A stretch of DNA of 64,000 bases from a virus. The position numbers and the translations under genes are program-made. Of this stretch, positions 31,701-40,119 are shown in pieces; positions within the stretch are counted from its first letter, which is position 1; each line of letters begins with the position of its first letter. The stretch lies in the IMG/VR virus record IMGVR_UViG_3300028599_000003; one strand, 5' to 3'. Below the pieces are notes generated by a model, which ran no database searches, was not told the DNA's origin, and saw only the letters and a list, made by a program, of their open reading frames with translations.

Positions 31701-34700
31701 TTTAGCATATGCAACTCTTCCTCCTTTAAGATTTAAGTTTATACTAAAAGGTATATCTTTTGAGTCTGCCATAAAGTAAACAACCTCATCTCCCACATTT
31801 AAATTATCAAATGTTTGAACAACTAATGCATTCAATGCAAATGCTCTATGTACTTGTTCAAGAGCTTCTGCTTTTTGTTCTTTATTTAAACCTTTTTTTG
31901 CTAGAATAACATTGCTTGCTTGTTCCGCAGTCATAGATCTTGGATCTATAGGGGAGCCAGTACGTTGATCTCTAATTAAAAATGATTCATTATTTAAATA
32001 AGCAAATACTCCTTCCGGACTATTAGATGGTTCAATACCCATCTCAGCTAACTTTGCATTAATAGTTTCTCGTAATGCAGGATTAGCTATACGTATACCA
32101 ACAACGTACTTACTTACTAATCTATCTATTAATGGATTAGCTTCTTTATATACTTTACCTTCTCTATTTTTAGCAGTGTAAGATCCAGTATTAGTTCCTC
32201 CTCTTGAATCAAGAGATACAACCAACTGTAAACCGGCTATTTCTTCTGGAGATAACATACTAAGAATAGCATTATATCTTTCTCTTGCTTTGGCATTATC
32301 AGATGATGAACCACCTTCAGTGTAATTAACATGAGGGTAAAGGGTAGTCAAATCATTAGTTTGAATTTTTGTTACCGTATCTGGAATTAAATTAAATGTA
32401 GTTTCTTCTAAAGTAAATCTACCTTTAAATTCTCCTTGCGGTATATACAAAAACTTTCTTTCTGCAAAAGGTCCTGTGTTATCAGACTCTTTGATTACTT
32501 TAAGTTTTTGGTTTGCACCATACTTTTTAGAAAAGCGTGGATCTTGAACAACAATATATTTTACACCGTCTTTATATATAACTTGACCATATGTTAATCC
32601 TGTTACTCCATCAAAATCAAAAGTAGTTGATGAATCTACAAGGTTTGCATTTAGTGCATCTAAAGCATTCTTAGCTATTTTACCTTGGTCTGCTAAGAAA
32701 ACTCCTTGAACAGATTTAAAGTTGGTATCTAAAAACTCAATAATATCATCTGAAAGTTCATTGCCTTTTTTATCTAAAAACTTGTACATCTTTACAATTT
32801 CTCCAGTCTGATTATCTACTACAGATATTTTATATATATCTGCAGTAACACCGCCTTTATAGAATTTTCTTTGTGGTGTGTTTTCTAGAGCTTGACCTTT
32901 TTTTAACTTTACATCTGCAATCTCAACTACATCAGCCATATCAACTCCTGATTGGTTTAATATAGATGTTATAACTGGATTATTAATTAATACTTCAGGG
33001 TCCAGTAAAAACTCTTCTAATCCTACATCTTCTTTTATTACATCTGTTCCAAGAGGATTATTAAATTCTAGTGTGCCTTCTACTCCTACCTCTGATTTTC
33101 CTGATGCCCATACTTTTTTAATTGCATTAACAACATTTCTAATGTTAACTGCTTCAGCAGAACTCATCCACGCAGTACTATCTAAAATAGGTAAGCCTAA
33201 TCTTGCTTGCTTAGCTCTATAATTTTTATAGGCTCTCTCCAATGCCTTAACTAATAAAGGACTATTAGTGCTTACATCAATTTTTATATCTATACCTGCC
33301 TTTTCTAAAAGTACATCAAGTGCAGATCTTGTTTCTTCAGTTTCTTCAATTGCAATTTCTTCTTCGGTTTGTGGTGCATCATCCTCTTTAGTATTGTCTG
33401 CTCTAGTTTCTTTATATGTAGTTAACAATCTTTGGACTTGACCAAATGCTACTGTATGAATTTCAGGTTGTATTTTACCATTATCATCATAAAAATCTGT
33501 CAAGAAAGCTGCATTACCAGTCTTCAAAAACATTTCTGTTTGTGCTATTGCTGGATAAACACCCAACTTACCTAACTGATTTATTAGTTCATTTGCCTCA
33601 ACTATATCTACATACTGCTTTAACATTTCTTCTGTTATCTTAGCACGTTGATTATATATCTCTTTGTTTACTTCATACTGTCTTTGTTGAATCTCAGAAA
33701 ACTTTTCTGGATTTTGCATGTACTGAATAGCTTTATCATATACACGTGCTCTTCCTTTTAATGCACCGTAGTCAACAATTTGTTCTAAGGCAGCATCAAT
33801 TTTTGCTTCATCCGCAAATGAACCAGCAGAAGATGCCATAAATCTTATATAGTTTCTAAACTCATTTCTAAGCTTTCCTTTTAAAAGTTTGTTTCTTTTA
33901 AAGGTTCCATTCTTAAATCTATTTTGTGGATCAGAAATGATCTTTTGAATAGCTTTTAATCTTTTAATTTTTTCTCTTTTGGTTTTGTTAGATTCCCCAA
34001 TACCTTCAGTTGCACCTTCAGTTGCAATCACTTCAAGGTTAAGCATGTCTATCTCATTCTGAATTGATTTCTCATCAAGCAGATTAGTTACATCATTTGC
34101 AGACATTTTATCAAACAAAGGATCAGATTGTAATTTATTATAGATACTATCTGCTCTTTCTAATGCTCTAGTAAATCCATCATTTGTAAACATGTATAAA
34201 TAACGTACATGTTCATATGCTTCTTCATTAAGCATTTCCTTAATGTATTCTCTTTGCTGTGTCTTAGGATTAAACTTGTTTTTGTTAAATGGGTTTTTAA
34301 ATTTGTCCTTGTTTTGATTATAAGACTCTTCCATCTTATCAATACCTACAAGCATATTATTAATACGTTCTCTTAACTTACCATCCTTCTTATCTTTATT
34401 AGATACTCCAGGAAATGCCTGAGCTAATTCTACATCACTTAATTCTAAAAATCCTTTTAACTGATCTTTAAAATGCTGTGAACCATTACCTGCAAACATT
34501 GTATAATATTGTTGGAACTTTGATCTATCTGCATTGTCAACAAAATTAAACATGTCAAGAGCACTCCTCATATTCTCAGCAGCTTCTTTTTGAACCATAA
34601 AGTTCAATCTGTTTAAGTCAAATAAACTAGATGGATCTATAGCTTGTGAATCCCATGATTTGTTATAAGACTCAACAACTTTATTAATCATTGTTTCTCT

Positions 34701-36578
34701 ATTAGTCTTATACTCAGTATATGCTTCTTTCTGAGACTTACTTGCTAAACCAATTCCAGCTTCCTGCAAACCATAATTATATATAGAAGGAACACCTTGA
34801 AAGAATAATTTTTGAGGACCACTTACTAAACCACCCATTAAAAAACCAGATAAGAATACACCTGCTCCTTGTGATGAAAACTGATCACCCATTGCTGATA
34901 GTATCATTTGATTCTTAAGAGCTTCTCCCCCTTGCGCAGGGTTATTTAATATTTCTGTATAGTATCCTACAGTTGCAGCTGAGATAGCTTCTTGACCAAT
35001 CTCTTGTATACCTTCTGCAACATTAGCAGCAAAGTAATCAAGCATTGCTATACCCCCACTACCAGCAAGTCCTTTAAATCCACCGGCTTTAACTTTTGCT
35101 ACAGTATTTTTAAATCCACCACCTATATACTTGAATGGGCTTTTGATAACTTCACCTGCAGCATTTACAACTTTTTTACCTGCGGTATTAACAATGTTTT
35201 TATTAATCCCCTTTTGAAACGTAGCACCAAGAGATCTTTGTATACCTCTTTGAAAACCACCCATTGCATTACCAATAACAAACCAGTTACTAGCATATAT
35301 AAGAGGTGCATTACCTAACATAGTTTTGAATGCTGCTTGATTAGCTGCAGCACTAACATCTCTATTATCAGTAATACCTTGACCTCCACTAAAATTATTA
35401 GCATCTGTAAGACCTTGCTTCATAACTTTATTATATACCATCCCTGACTCCAGCTTACTTTCAGCCATTGCTAAGTTTACTGCTCTAAGATCTCTATAGA
35501 AACCTCCAAAGCCAGTACCCATTTTAGCTAGGTTGGTCATGTTTTGTCCAGCATTTTGTGCTGTCTTCATATTTTGGAATGCCTTCAGAGTATTTGGTGT
35601 AAAGCCTTTACCTAATGTATTAAGAGTCATTTTTCCACCTGTAACAGCAGCATTATAAAAATCTCTTGCTGTCTCAAGTTCTTTTGCTTTTTGTAGTATC
35701 TTTCTTGTTCTATCAAATAGCTTAGTAAAACTATATAAAGCTTTCCCACCTTTACCAATATTTGAAGCAGTCTTTACAGCTGCAGGTGCAGCTAAAGCTC
35801 CTCCTGATAATCCTGATGCACCAGCAAGTATAATCTCTTCAATAGCAATAGAACTTAGTATACCAAATGTATATGCAGAGTTAGCTGCTAAATTATTGAA
35901 GAAAGCAAGGCCACCACCTCTTGTAGATGATGAAATACCCATAGTGTCTTCAAACTCAGTTGCAGCTTCAAAATCAGGAGCAAGATAATCTCCACCACTA
36001 AACAAAGATCCATATACAGAATTTAATCCTGTACCAGCAAGAGACATCCATTGACCTCTCATTCTAGTCATATCATCCCATATAGTAGAATTTGCATTAT
36101 AATAATTCTCCATATTAGAGTATGGAGAAAATCCTAACTTATCAAACTCAGGATGATTATAATATCTCTCAAATTGACCCTGTCTCATTCCTGAAAATAT
36201 AGGAGCCATTCTAGTTTCTGAAATTGGTTTTTTTTCTAAAGTTAATGCTTTTTGAATCAGGGAAAAATCATTATCTGCAGGTTGATCTTGAGATCTTGGG
36301 TTATATGTATCAGATGCAAAACTAGGTACAGCTACTCCTAATGAGGCCATAGCTCCTATACCATACTTATCTATTTCAGCTTTGTATTCATTTACACCTG
36401 AAACATCATCAGCTGCTAAATCACTACTTAATAGATAGTCATTAAAGTTTTCCTCTGGAGAGTCAAACATTTCTGCAATTGGCTCAAAGCGGAACTGCCC
36501 TTCAGGTATTATACTTGGGGCAGGTCTTTCTTGATTCTTAATCTCTTGCGCTAATGGCTTATTAGATTCGTTTTCCAT
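22728..36578 (-). CDS. virion-packaged DNA-dependent RNA polymerase (crAss-like, phi14:2 gp66-type) fused to zincin and Gly-rich hydrophobic N-terminal regions (4616 aa)
   Basis: GADFDIDK at 25695-25709, preceded by RIPTQDKHS; HEAFH...EEYLADEF at 30153-30167; hydrophobic Gly/Ala-rich helices in the first about 650 aa. Confidence 0.88.
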   Translation of the reverse strand: MENESNKPLAQEIKNQERPAPSIIPEGQFRFEPIAEMFDSPEENFNDYLLSSDLAADDVSGVNEYKAEIDKYGIGAMASLGVAVPSFASDTYNPRSQDQPADNDFSLIQKALTLEKKPISETRMAPIFSGMRQGQFERYYNHPEFDKLGFSPYSNMENYYNANSTIWDDMTRMRGQWMSLAGTGLNSVYGSLFSGGDYLAPDFEAATEFEDTMGISSSTRGGGLAFFNNLAANSAYTFGILSSIAIEEIILAGASGLSGGALAAPAAVKTASNIGKGGKALYSFTKLFDRTRKILQKAKELETARDFYNAAVTGGKMTLNTLGKGFTPNTLKAFQNMKTAQNAGQNMTNLAKMGTGFGGFYRDLRAVNLAMAESKLESGMVYNKVMKQGLTDANNFSGGQGITDNRDVSAAANQAAFKTMLGNAPLIYASNWFVIGNAMGGFQRGIQRSLGATFQKGINKNIVNTAGKKVVNAAGEVIKSPFKYIGGGFKNTVAKVKAGGFKGLAGSGGIAMLDYFAANVAEGIQEIGQEAISAATVGYYTEILNNPAQGGEALKNQMILSAMGDQFSSQGAGVFLSGFLMGGLVSGPQKLFFQGVPSIYNYGLQEAGIGLASKSQKEAYTEYKTNRETMINKVVESYNKSWDSQAIDPSSLFDLNRLNFMVQKEAAENMRSALDMFNFVDNADRSKFQQYYTMFAGNGSQHFKDQLKGFLELSDVELAQAFPGVSNKDKKDGKLRERINNMLVGIDKMEESYNQNKDKFKNPFNKNKFNPKTQQREYIKEMLNEEAYEHVRYLYMFTNDGFTRALERADSIYNKLQSDPLFDKMSANDVTNLLDEKSIQNEIDMLNLEVIATEGATEGIGESNKTKREKIKRLKAIQKIISDPQNRFKNGTFKRNKLLKGKLRNEFRNYIRFMASSAGSFADEAKIDAALEQIVDYGALKGRARVYDKAIQYMQNPEKFSEIQQRQYEVNKEIYNQRAKITEEMLKQYVDIVEANELINQLGKLGVYPAIAQTEMFLKTGNAAFLTDFYDDNGKIQPEIHTVAFGQVQRLLTTYKETRADNTKEDDAPQTEEEIAIEETEETRSALDVLLEKAGIDIKIDVSTNSPLLVKALERAYKNYRAKQARLGLPILDSTAWMSSAEAVNIRNVVNAIKKVWASGKSEVGVEGTLEFNNPLGTDVIKEDVGLEEFLLDPEVLINNPVITSILNQSGVDMADVVEIADVKLKKGQALENTPQRKFYKGGVTADIYKISVVDNQTGEIVKMYKFLDKKGNELSDDIIEFLDTNFKSVQGVFLADQGKIAKNALDALNANLVDSSTTFDFDGVTGLTYGQVIYKDGVKYIVVQDPRFSKKYGANQKLKVIKESDNTGPFAERKFLYIPQGEFKGRFTLEETTFNLIPDTVTKIQTNDLTTLYPHVNYTEGGSSSDNAKARERYNAILSMLSPEEIAGLQLVVSLDSRGGTNTGSYTAKNREGKVYKEANPLIDRLVSKYVVGIRIANPALRETINAKLAEMGIEPSNSPEGVFAYLNNESFLIRDQRTGSPIDPRSMTAEQASNVILAKKGLNKEQKAEALEQVHRAFALNALVVQTFDNLNVGDEVVYFMADSKDIPFSINLNLKGGRVAYAKARERVYPLPMDALLYDTADEAGNLFIFDLKYDKETGERTYDFTTNLKGKERDALEDAIETQLKKQNQWDNLLDAGKGTDRYLAMVRLPNGTYAKVNLKPVEYTNTELEELYVDVVEAAKRIGAIKDSEKSMEEAAKYNQELSERLFLSSRPGNLIELNVGPDGSIFISLDNKGSKTSMNVGLKPEEVNAKDLSAKDVIQTLLTNYNTDPAVEKLSADLKNKNFRKSFAQGVAPQEIYDNSTTEVLPEVVQNQTIEVSAESDAIQLSRDIAYIPNATRSDEIELKSAMGRERPTAEEADESVSDMEDAEFEEMVDRVDSNNFGDYQKNLDHIVNAILRGIELSPREQELMKNDVFRQSVTYAVAVQGGPGALAIEKPTGKTKLETIKDELIALKEKLEEGLTTKKDKVKAIRGSKEYQDLLAKRKKLERGANKLVQATSETERVEDYNEFLDWASENLPDIIGVEDLIVLADNGVSNGYERVGAFVLNLDRIANGVDVSGIIYTSPLSPYKYHEAFHSIFRTVLTQEQINKYRSIAKAEVKAKYGSKYKSELQRFRNSAEQYQEMTDVELENEFAEEYLADEFEAFKKNPRSSKTNTEIKSFFTKLIEWIKGVFSKYSSVELLTLYENIDAGKFKNAPVQLNEFTQLEDSLGGSLSIANALVRYDTASKVVDAGEPSGELYVDSDVIDPLIRSMAGMFITRVNELSLTEKSYNPTEIYNELEADFMTMLDPEGEANKGFSGAKKLYLEQIDMAFINYPEDIKKEVFGLVNVISDMDQANQLKIENVEETSGVRSTSDFNKDAAEIGGFNSLSYKVRSYIATTTMVDTDFFGKTELTEGEPLIVPVKFLEAYTTILKSVSNESDPVVMLKRMYSYSRLNPQGKAVVDKLFNDTGLTIEALTSTEPFRDVKDGSLLISILKGFENYKVDYIFNERDSNGNLLIYTASERDDINAQLDEWAQAYITKKKLATANPNRVKDFLRLTKDMKEAMTSYPEDTSMVYQMSREFSQKMFDLIGIRLSPNYIAYSIAKSKTEEDLKNSPELKALADGYTEDGITNSLLDQLYDGLNKKADLFSTKEDGMASRLTKLSLSNAAFDESIGSSTFINPNGDIVYAHQLPTYHLKSVAALNNKSKIDELSNDEFLSNNYLLKNEAFLNLSNTNRLKVIRVAGSKIKEQISNSAADQASEDILNESVSKNKSTQSFGEFTPQEFAIALINNYVSNFNRRTGKVETVIGQGAQEIAIAPVFLRVMEAANTGDLVPLPVIKAVTNVNGNVVLTPQAINVFIDSIEAEFDRISRETLAFETEPGNIEGFNNEKSDRADKGRAFKFTNNGLLLSETTKQALLKVVLDKAKLGETVSFKQAVSLAVGVTNSSIRSEVNSSLEDSFKDFNDVITSLKAKDNLSTQVLQGLTIASGVSRSAVELSQLKLNLTDDAAYNLKQIFFNNYINSKSINDLLLGDQAVSLKDMVDKVKRAKLQNAAYYSAYSQVTDPSKGITHASTNFDLYPFQDPTAKSDFTGNDIDLADAQVYITSKGIRYSTFAFGRLSPAMASMLNDIDMGQTINADRAWGSQNDSINLAKKQDFINSKKFVYMDGKTALKMSVTVLTKEYTSNRNKETGIWEAKPNMQQLHYLREQMEANEEANQNFAMAAPVSAIKMLKQGINPLESGVFDTTQNLTSINLDTSYLGLQVVNPSNKLIVTDMNQIKELITGEQDGSTEIFIEGSPELKTVGDVRDAYNNAVGQRVILKYKNKRNLIFSFDTALDEFEISKQKGAITPNLAAFLLEAQKGLMASGAASNLLEFFAVEDGVQKYNLNSPITAKKFEQMFLTYFSKGTIREKVPGTSVALLSSFGHKIYRRVYEMENGMPSRSEVVRESSYAGESLEDINNLVDGKHDGVLVLDVLRTGVMEYKNNDVKNGEPTGVRYSETIMPPMSRDVMELIQENKDALIPDVIAKMFGVRIPTQDKHSAVNIRIVDFMPVYYGSTAIFPKELVEISGADFDIDKVYALMKEYYLDSNKNFKAYGDGNSYFEYVKYMNLKSSEPNNIFSTASSLYKDKTLAIRRDNALSAAEQTRVTDDQGVNRINEEALRAMLILGLPVTQAQFKSYVKKHGSPNEAVLNNNILDYRYTLAGNTGVTGESLKSIDQDNGERKSDLPVAYQAADLKMLEELFNELSNLEGVELFASRKDSDVDIDTLHGMIKAFEANKGAAIGAIVKPNLALSLLREYNIKLDRPIKFNGNTYDGFTKDKINGDRIQDIISTLVTMETDNAKERLIAKFGLNIKAVGLVGNMVSLGVPLRTAILLINSAEVRDLYDQALNKDDQFDAGFNKLLANRINAVAALAQKQKEKTGNKAPFVKLTDEFLESAVDSTEDLTPNERLQILFLLDRFNKVADFTVKINKITSLTQGLPSSIPEMKDDIETITSLFDKDAPMDVRPIYGKSSKTWQSKYLQIFGQIHNDLLPNTILTMSQDFNDILKPTYKEMNTDSKGFDNKTKNGVEQDLLSYLTIKSYQHLLNNSSGNSSVENTLLYPNVVGVTNLSLIKTIEDLQFKRAKEGAEPNYFLDNFIGTQYAGTDGNNTGLNIVKADTWRRLNKANKIDLQTSFAKLYGSLDTRAVAEDILHYMMVKDGLQLKYGSLMSAMSPFIMNKYLKNVGAVESALKGQVEFESVFGISKEDVMKEFKYGYLQSNIVGPLLRTYEASNLDDGVKFDPISTPNTLTITTESFDHVNAKEFVRVKTEIQGKDTYKLFRLLAKDDASSKVTEYSQVSSMGSNQQFGGGFVGGPRLTYEQARKVGRGTTQNSLPEERAADPILDTELSPDEFAPLVEYPVDTNQGAIQDVNEVLNSESAIVNQTTDSVTVKADVDAPETNIADMAQIMAELSKNSDSLIFDETGNAIIEDTDMSIPEATELEQQEQEQLELDLFASEEISEASSLVEWWDANVEGNSVALEKLSGENIKTLDDAIALYGDLFSQTEQGEQDIIERLKCLI

Positions 36579-36592
36579 CTACTTTTGATTTA

Positions 36593-39500
36593 TTATTTAC
36601 CTTGTATTGCCTGATCCTTTTTTCTAAGAGCCTGATTGTTTCTTCTAATTTCTTCTAGTGTTTGTTGTACTTGATTTACTTGCAAATCAATTCCTGGCAA
36701 GCCTTGTGAGAAATCCATTTTATGAGTATTTGTTGATGTTGTATACTCACTCCAATTAGCTTGTAGATCTTTGTCTGTTGGGTAAGGGTTATACCTATTG
36801 ATTTCTGTTATTAAATCATAATCACCTGTACCATTTTTTGCAATTCTATATGTAGCTGTAGGTGTTATACCATTATCATTAGGAACTGTGTATTCAGCGT
36901 AACTACTATTGTCACCACCAAGAATATCTATTTCTGTTGAAGAAAAATAATCATTCTTTCTTGCTTTAATGTTTATATCATCTGACTGTGGAAATACTAT
37001 AAATATACCTGTACCATCATTGTTTTCTCCTAATCCTTTTAATCTAGCAATATCATCTGTAGTTAATGCACCAAACTGTTTTGCAACATCTGCTGAAGAT
37101 CCTTTTACTTTTGATGCTAACCACTCTGCCATATTACTTATTTCAAAACCAGCATGAGTTTTATCTCCTTTAGAAGCAATATCATAAACTGATTTATATG
37201 CAAGATCAAATATAGGTGCTATTGCAGCTGAGTTGGATCTCTTAGGATTACCAACCCAGGTTTGTGCATCTTTCATTAAAAGATTAAATACCTTCATTGC
37301 TAATGGATCTTTCTGCACCAACTGGTCTTCATTAGTTAAGTTACCTATACCAATACCATACGGTGTACCTGATTTCTTTAATGAACCTATCTGAAGCGCC
37401 ATGCTTTTTACTTCATTATAAGCATCTGAATCTGGAGCTAATGGATTAAATCCATATTCAAAAGTAATATTATTTGTTACATCAGCATAGCCACCATCAA
37501 TACCAAACTTAATTGATTCAAATGTAGCAGAATTAGTACCTGCATCCATTCTATCTGTTAGAGCTGCATTTAAATTTGTAGTTAAAGCATCATAAACTTT
37601 CCCTGCTTCTTCTCTAAGTTCACTCTTTGAAATTCTGTTTGCTTGTTTAGGTATATCTATAGGTCTAGCACCTCTTATTGCTTGTACTGCAGGTATACCA
37701 GTATCTTCAGTTGTGAACATTGTTCCATCTTGATCTGGACTATCTACATAAAATAAAGGTGTGCTGCTATTAAAAGCTGCTCTAACCTTATTCATATCCC
37801 AATTACCCATCGTTTCTGTTACCCTGTAATCTTTATTGGCTCTACCATCTACTGTCCAGTCTTGATCAGTATTAGTTAATTCACCAGCGTTAAGTCTTCT
37901 TAAAGCTTCTTGAAAATGTTCTTCTTTTGTATATGGTATACCGTTCTGATCAAACTTACCTGGCATACCTGCTTCAAGCATACCCCCTATGTTTTTATTA
38001 GAAGTTGATCCTGTTGTAGTTGCTTTTAGAATATCATTATTTTCAAAGGCTTCATTATAAACTTCATATGCCTTACTTATAAAAACATCACCTGCCTTTC
38101 TCTTTGTTTCAATTCCATTTGGCCCAACCATTCTATTATATAATCCATCATACCTAGTAGACATGTCTGCATCATCACCCTGAGTTATTCTTATATCATC
38201 TTTTGTTTGTTGTCTAGTATTAACAAAATTATCTTTATTAGTATTATAAAGTTCTGTTATACCATCTAAATACTTTAATCCTCCTGTACCATCATTATTT
38301 ACAGTAGCAGATAACATACGTCTTAGGTCCTCAATAGATCCATTTACTTCTCCTCTACCAGGAATATTTATAGTATATGTTTGATTTTCATCTGCCGTGT
38401 TCCCCTTTGGATTCATTAATTGTAGCATACCGGGTTGTGTAGCAGTTCCTAATAATGCATTTATCTCATCTTTACCAACGCTTTGTACATGTTCAGCATA
38501 AGCTTTTTGTGTATCACCAATAATATCTGAATTTGCTGTTGGCTCTCCATCTTCATCCACCGCAAATGTTGTTGTATTATCATCACTTATACTAAATTCA
38601 GGACTACTTAATGCACTAAATAAATCATTAGCGGCACCACCACCATTGACACCCATACCCTCAGCCCAAGGTAATGGAACAAGATTACCCTCAGCATCAT
38701 ATTGATAACCTTTATCCAACATTGTATTAGCATCTCTTCTGTTTGCATTATATGCTGCAAGATTAAGTTGATTAGCTGCACGTGCTCTAATTTCAGCCAT
38801 ATTCCACATAGACTTCTTTTCATCAACAGCAAACTGATTTGGATTCATTTCATAAATGTAATCTCTAGCACTCCAAGCCTGTGCGGATTCTTTCATATCT
38901 GACATAATATTACTTTGCATATATAAATTATATGCTTTATTAATCAGATTTTTATTTGTTGGAGTAGGTCTACTTACTTCTTGAGCAATTTGTTTTTTTG
39001 CTTCTATATCTAATTTATATTTTTCAATATCAGATAGTTGTTCTTGATTTAATTTATCTAGTTCACTACCAGGAACAAGACCATTTTGACCTTTATAATT
39101 AGACCATGTTACTGCAGAAGTCTCTAACTTACGTAAAGTTTCAACATCATTATTTAATTCTGCTATATTTCTTTCTTCAATTCTTTTGATGGTTTCTGAA
39201 GCCCATAGTTCTTGACCATTACTAAGAGATGCAGCAGCTCCACTTTCAACAGCTTGAGTGGCCCAGTCCATTCCTGAAACATAAGCCTCCATTTGATAAG
39301 ATTTCTGTACAGATGGATTATCTAATAGTGTGTTTCTTATTTGTTGTAACGCTGCACCAGTAACTAAAGAACCATTTTGTTCAGTAATAATCCAATCAGT
39401 ATTAGTTATTTCTTTTCTGTTCTCACGTGACTCTGGTAAATTCTTATTAAAGTTTGGATTTGGTTGCTTGGCAAATCTATCCATCTTCATTTTTAATGGG

Positions 39501-40060
39501 GGATCCATGTTAGCCAACATTTGCTGACTCATTTTAAATAAGTTAGCTTTTGGTACATAATCAGGAAGAGCCATGCCTAATGCTTGATCTGGATCAGAAT
39601 TAATAAATTCATCCATTTTGTATTGCATACCTCTTACACCAACATCCCAATATTTTTCTTGTACTGTTTGGTCAGGAGAGTTTAATAAGTTCTGTGCTCT
39701 TTGAGATTGGTCTCTAAACCTTGAGGTAAAGACCATATCTTTGACAGTAATATCATCATCATAGAATGGTGCAAACACACCTTTAGCTGCATCTACATTA
39801 GAAGCTAGTGATAAATCTAATCCTGATATTTGTTCTATTTGTGGAGCTATTTGTTCAGCGTACTGATCTCTTCTCGCTTTAGTATCCTCTCTTGATAAGT
39901 CAGCATAAACAACTTTATTGTATAAGTCATTTGTAGCTTTATAATTGGCATCATACTTATCCGTTCTAGTTTGTAGAACGGCAGACAGAAATTTATAATC
40001 CGGTGTAAACGGTTTAATGTCTGGTAAGTAAGTATCTGCTCCTTTAACGTATGTTGCCAT
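36593..40060 (-). CDS. large ejection/cargo protein (1155 aa)
   Basis: First of three giant co-oriented genes; N-terminal PFTPDYKFL..VLQ.R..KYD helix. Assignment is mainly by synteny. Confidence 0.6.
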   Translation of the reverse strand: MATYVKGADTYLPDIKPFTPDYKFLSAVLQTRTDKYDANYKATNDLYNKVVYADLSREDTKARRDQYAEQIAPQIEQISGLDLSLASNVDAAKGVFAPFYDDDITVKDMVFTSRFRDQSQRAQNLLNSPDQTVQEKYWDVGVRGMQYKMDEFINSDPDQALGMALPDYVPKANLFKMSQQMLANMDPPLKMKMDRFAKQPNPNFNKNLPESRENRKEITNTDWIITEQNGSLVTGAALQQIRNTLLDNPSVQKSYQMEAYVSGMDWATQAVESGAAASLSNGQELWASETIKRIEERNIAELNNDVETLRKLETSAVTWSNYKGQNGLVPGSELDKLNQEQLSDIEKYKLDIEAKKQIAQEVSRPTPTNKNLINKAYNLYMQSNIMSDMKESAQAWSARDYIYEMNPNQFAVDEKKSMWNMAEIRARAANQLNLAAYNANRRDANTMLDKGYQYDAEGNLVPLPWAEGMGVNGGGAANDLFSALSSPEFSISDDNTTTFAVDEDGEPTANSDIIGDTQKAYAEHVQSVGKDEINALLGTATQPGMLQLMNPKGNTADENQTYTINIPGRGEVNGSIEDLRRMLSATVNNDGTGGLKYLDGITELYNTNKDNFVNTRQQTKDDIRITQGDDADMSTRYDGLYNRMVGPNGIETKRKAGDVFISKAYEVYNEAFENNDILKATTTGSTSNKNIGGMLEAGMPGKFDQNGIPYTKEEHFQEALRRLNAGELTNTDQDWTVDGRANKDYRVTETMGNWDMNKVRAAFNSSTPLFYVDSPDQDGTMFTTEDTGIPAVQAIRGARPIDIPKQANRISKSELREEAGKVYDALTTNLNAALTDRMDAGTNSATFESIKFGIDGGYADVTNNITFEYGFNPLAPDSDAYNEVKSMALQIGSLKKSGTPYGIGIGNLTNEDQLVQKDPLAMKVFNLLMKDAQTWVGNPKRSNSAAIAPIFDLAYKSVYDIASKGDKTHAGFEISNMAEWLASKVKGSSADVAKQFGALTTDDIARLKGLGENNDGTGIFIVFPQSDDINIKARKNDYFSSTEIDILGGDNSSYAEYTVPNDNGITPTATYRIAKNGTGDYDLITEINRYNPYPTDKDLQANWSEYTTSTNTHKMDFSQGLPGIDLQVNQVQQTLEEIRRNNQALRKKDQAIQGK

Positions 40061-40119
40061 AATGTAAAATTAATATAATTATATAAGTTTACAAAGTGTT
40101 TTGTATAAACCCTTTAGGT

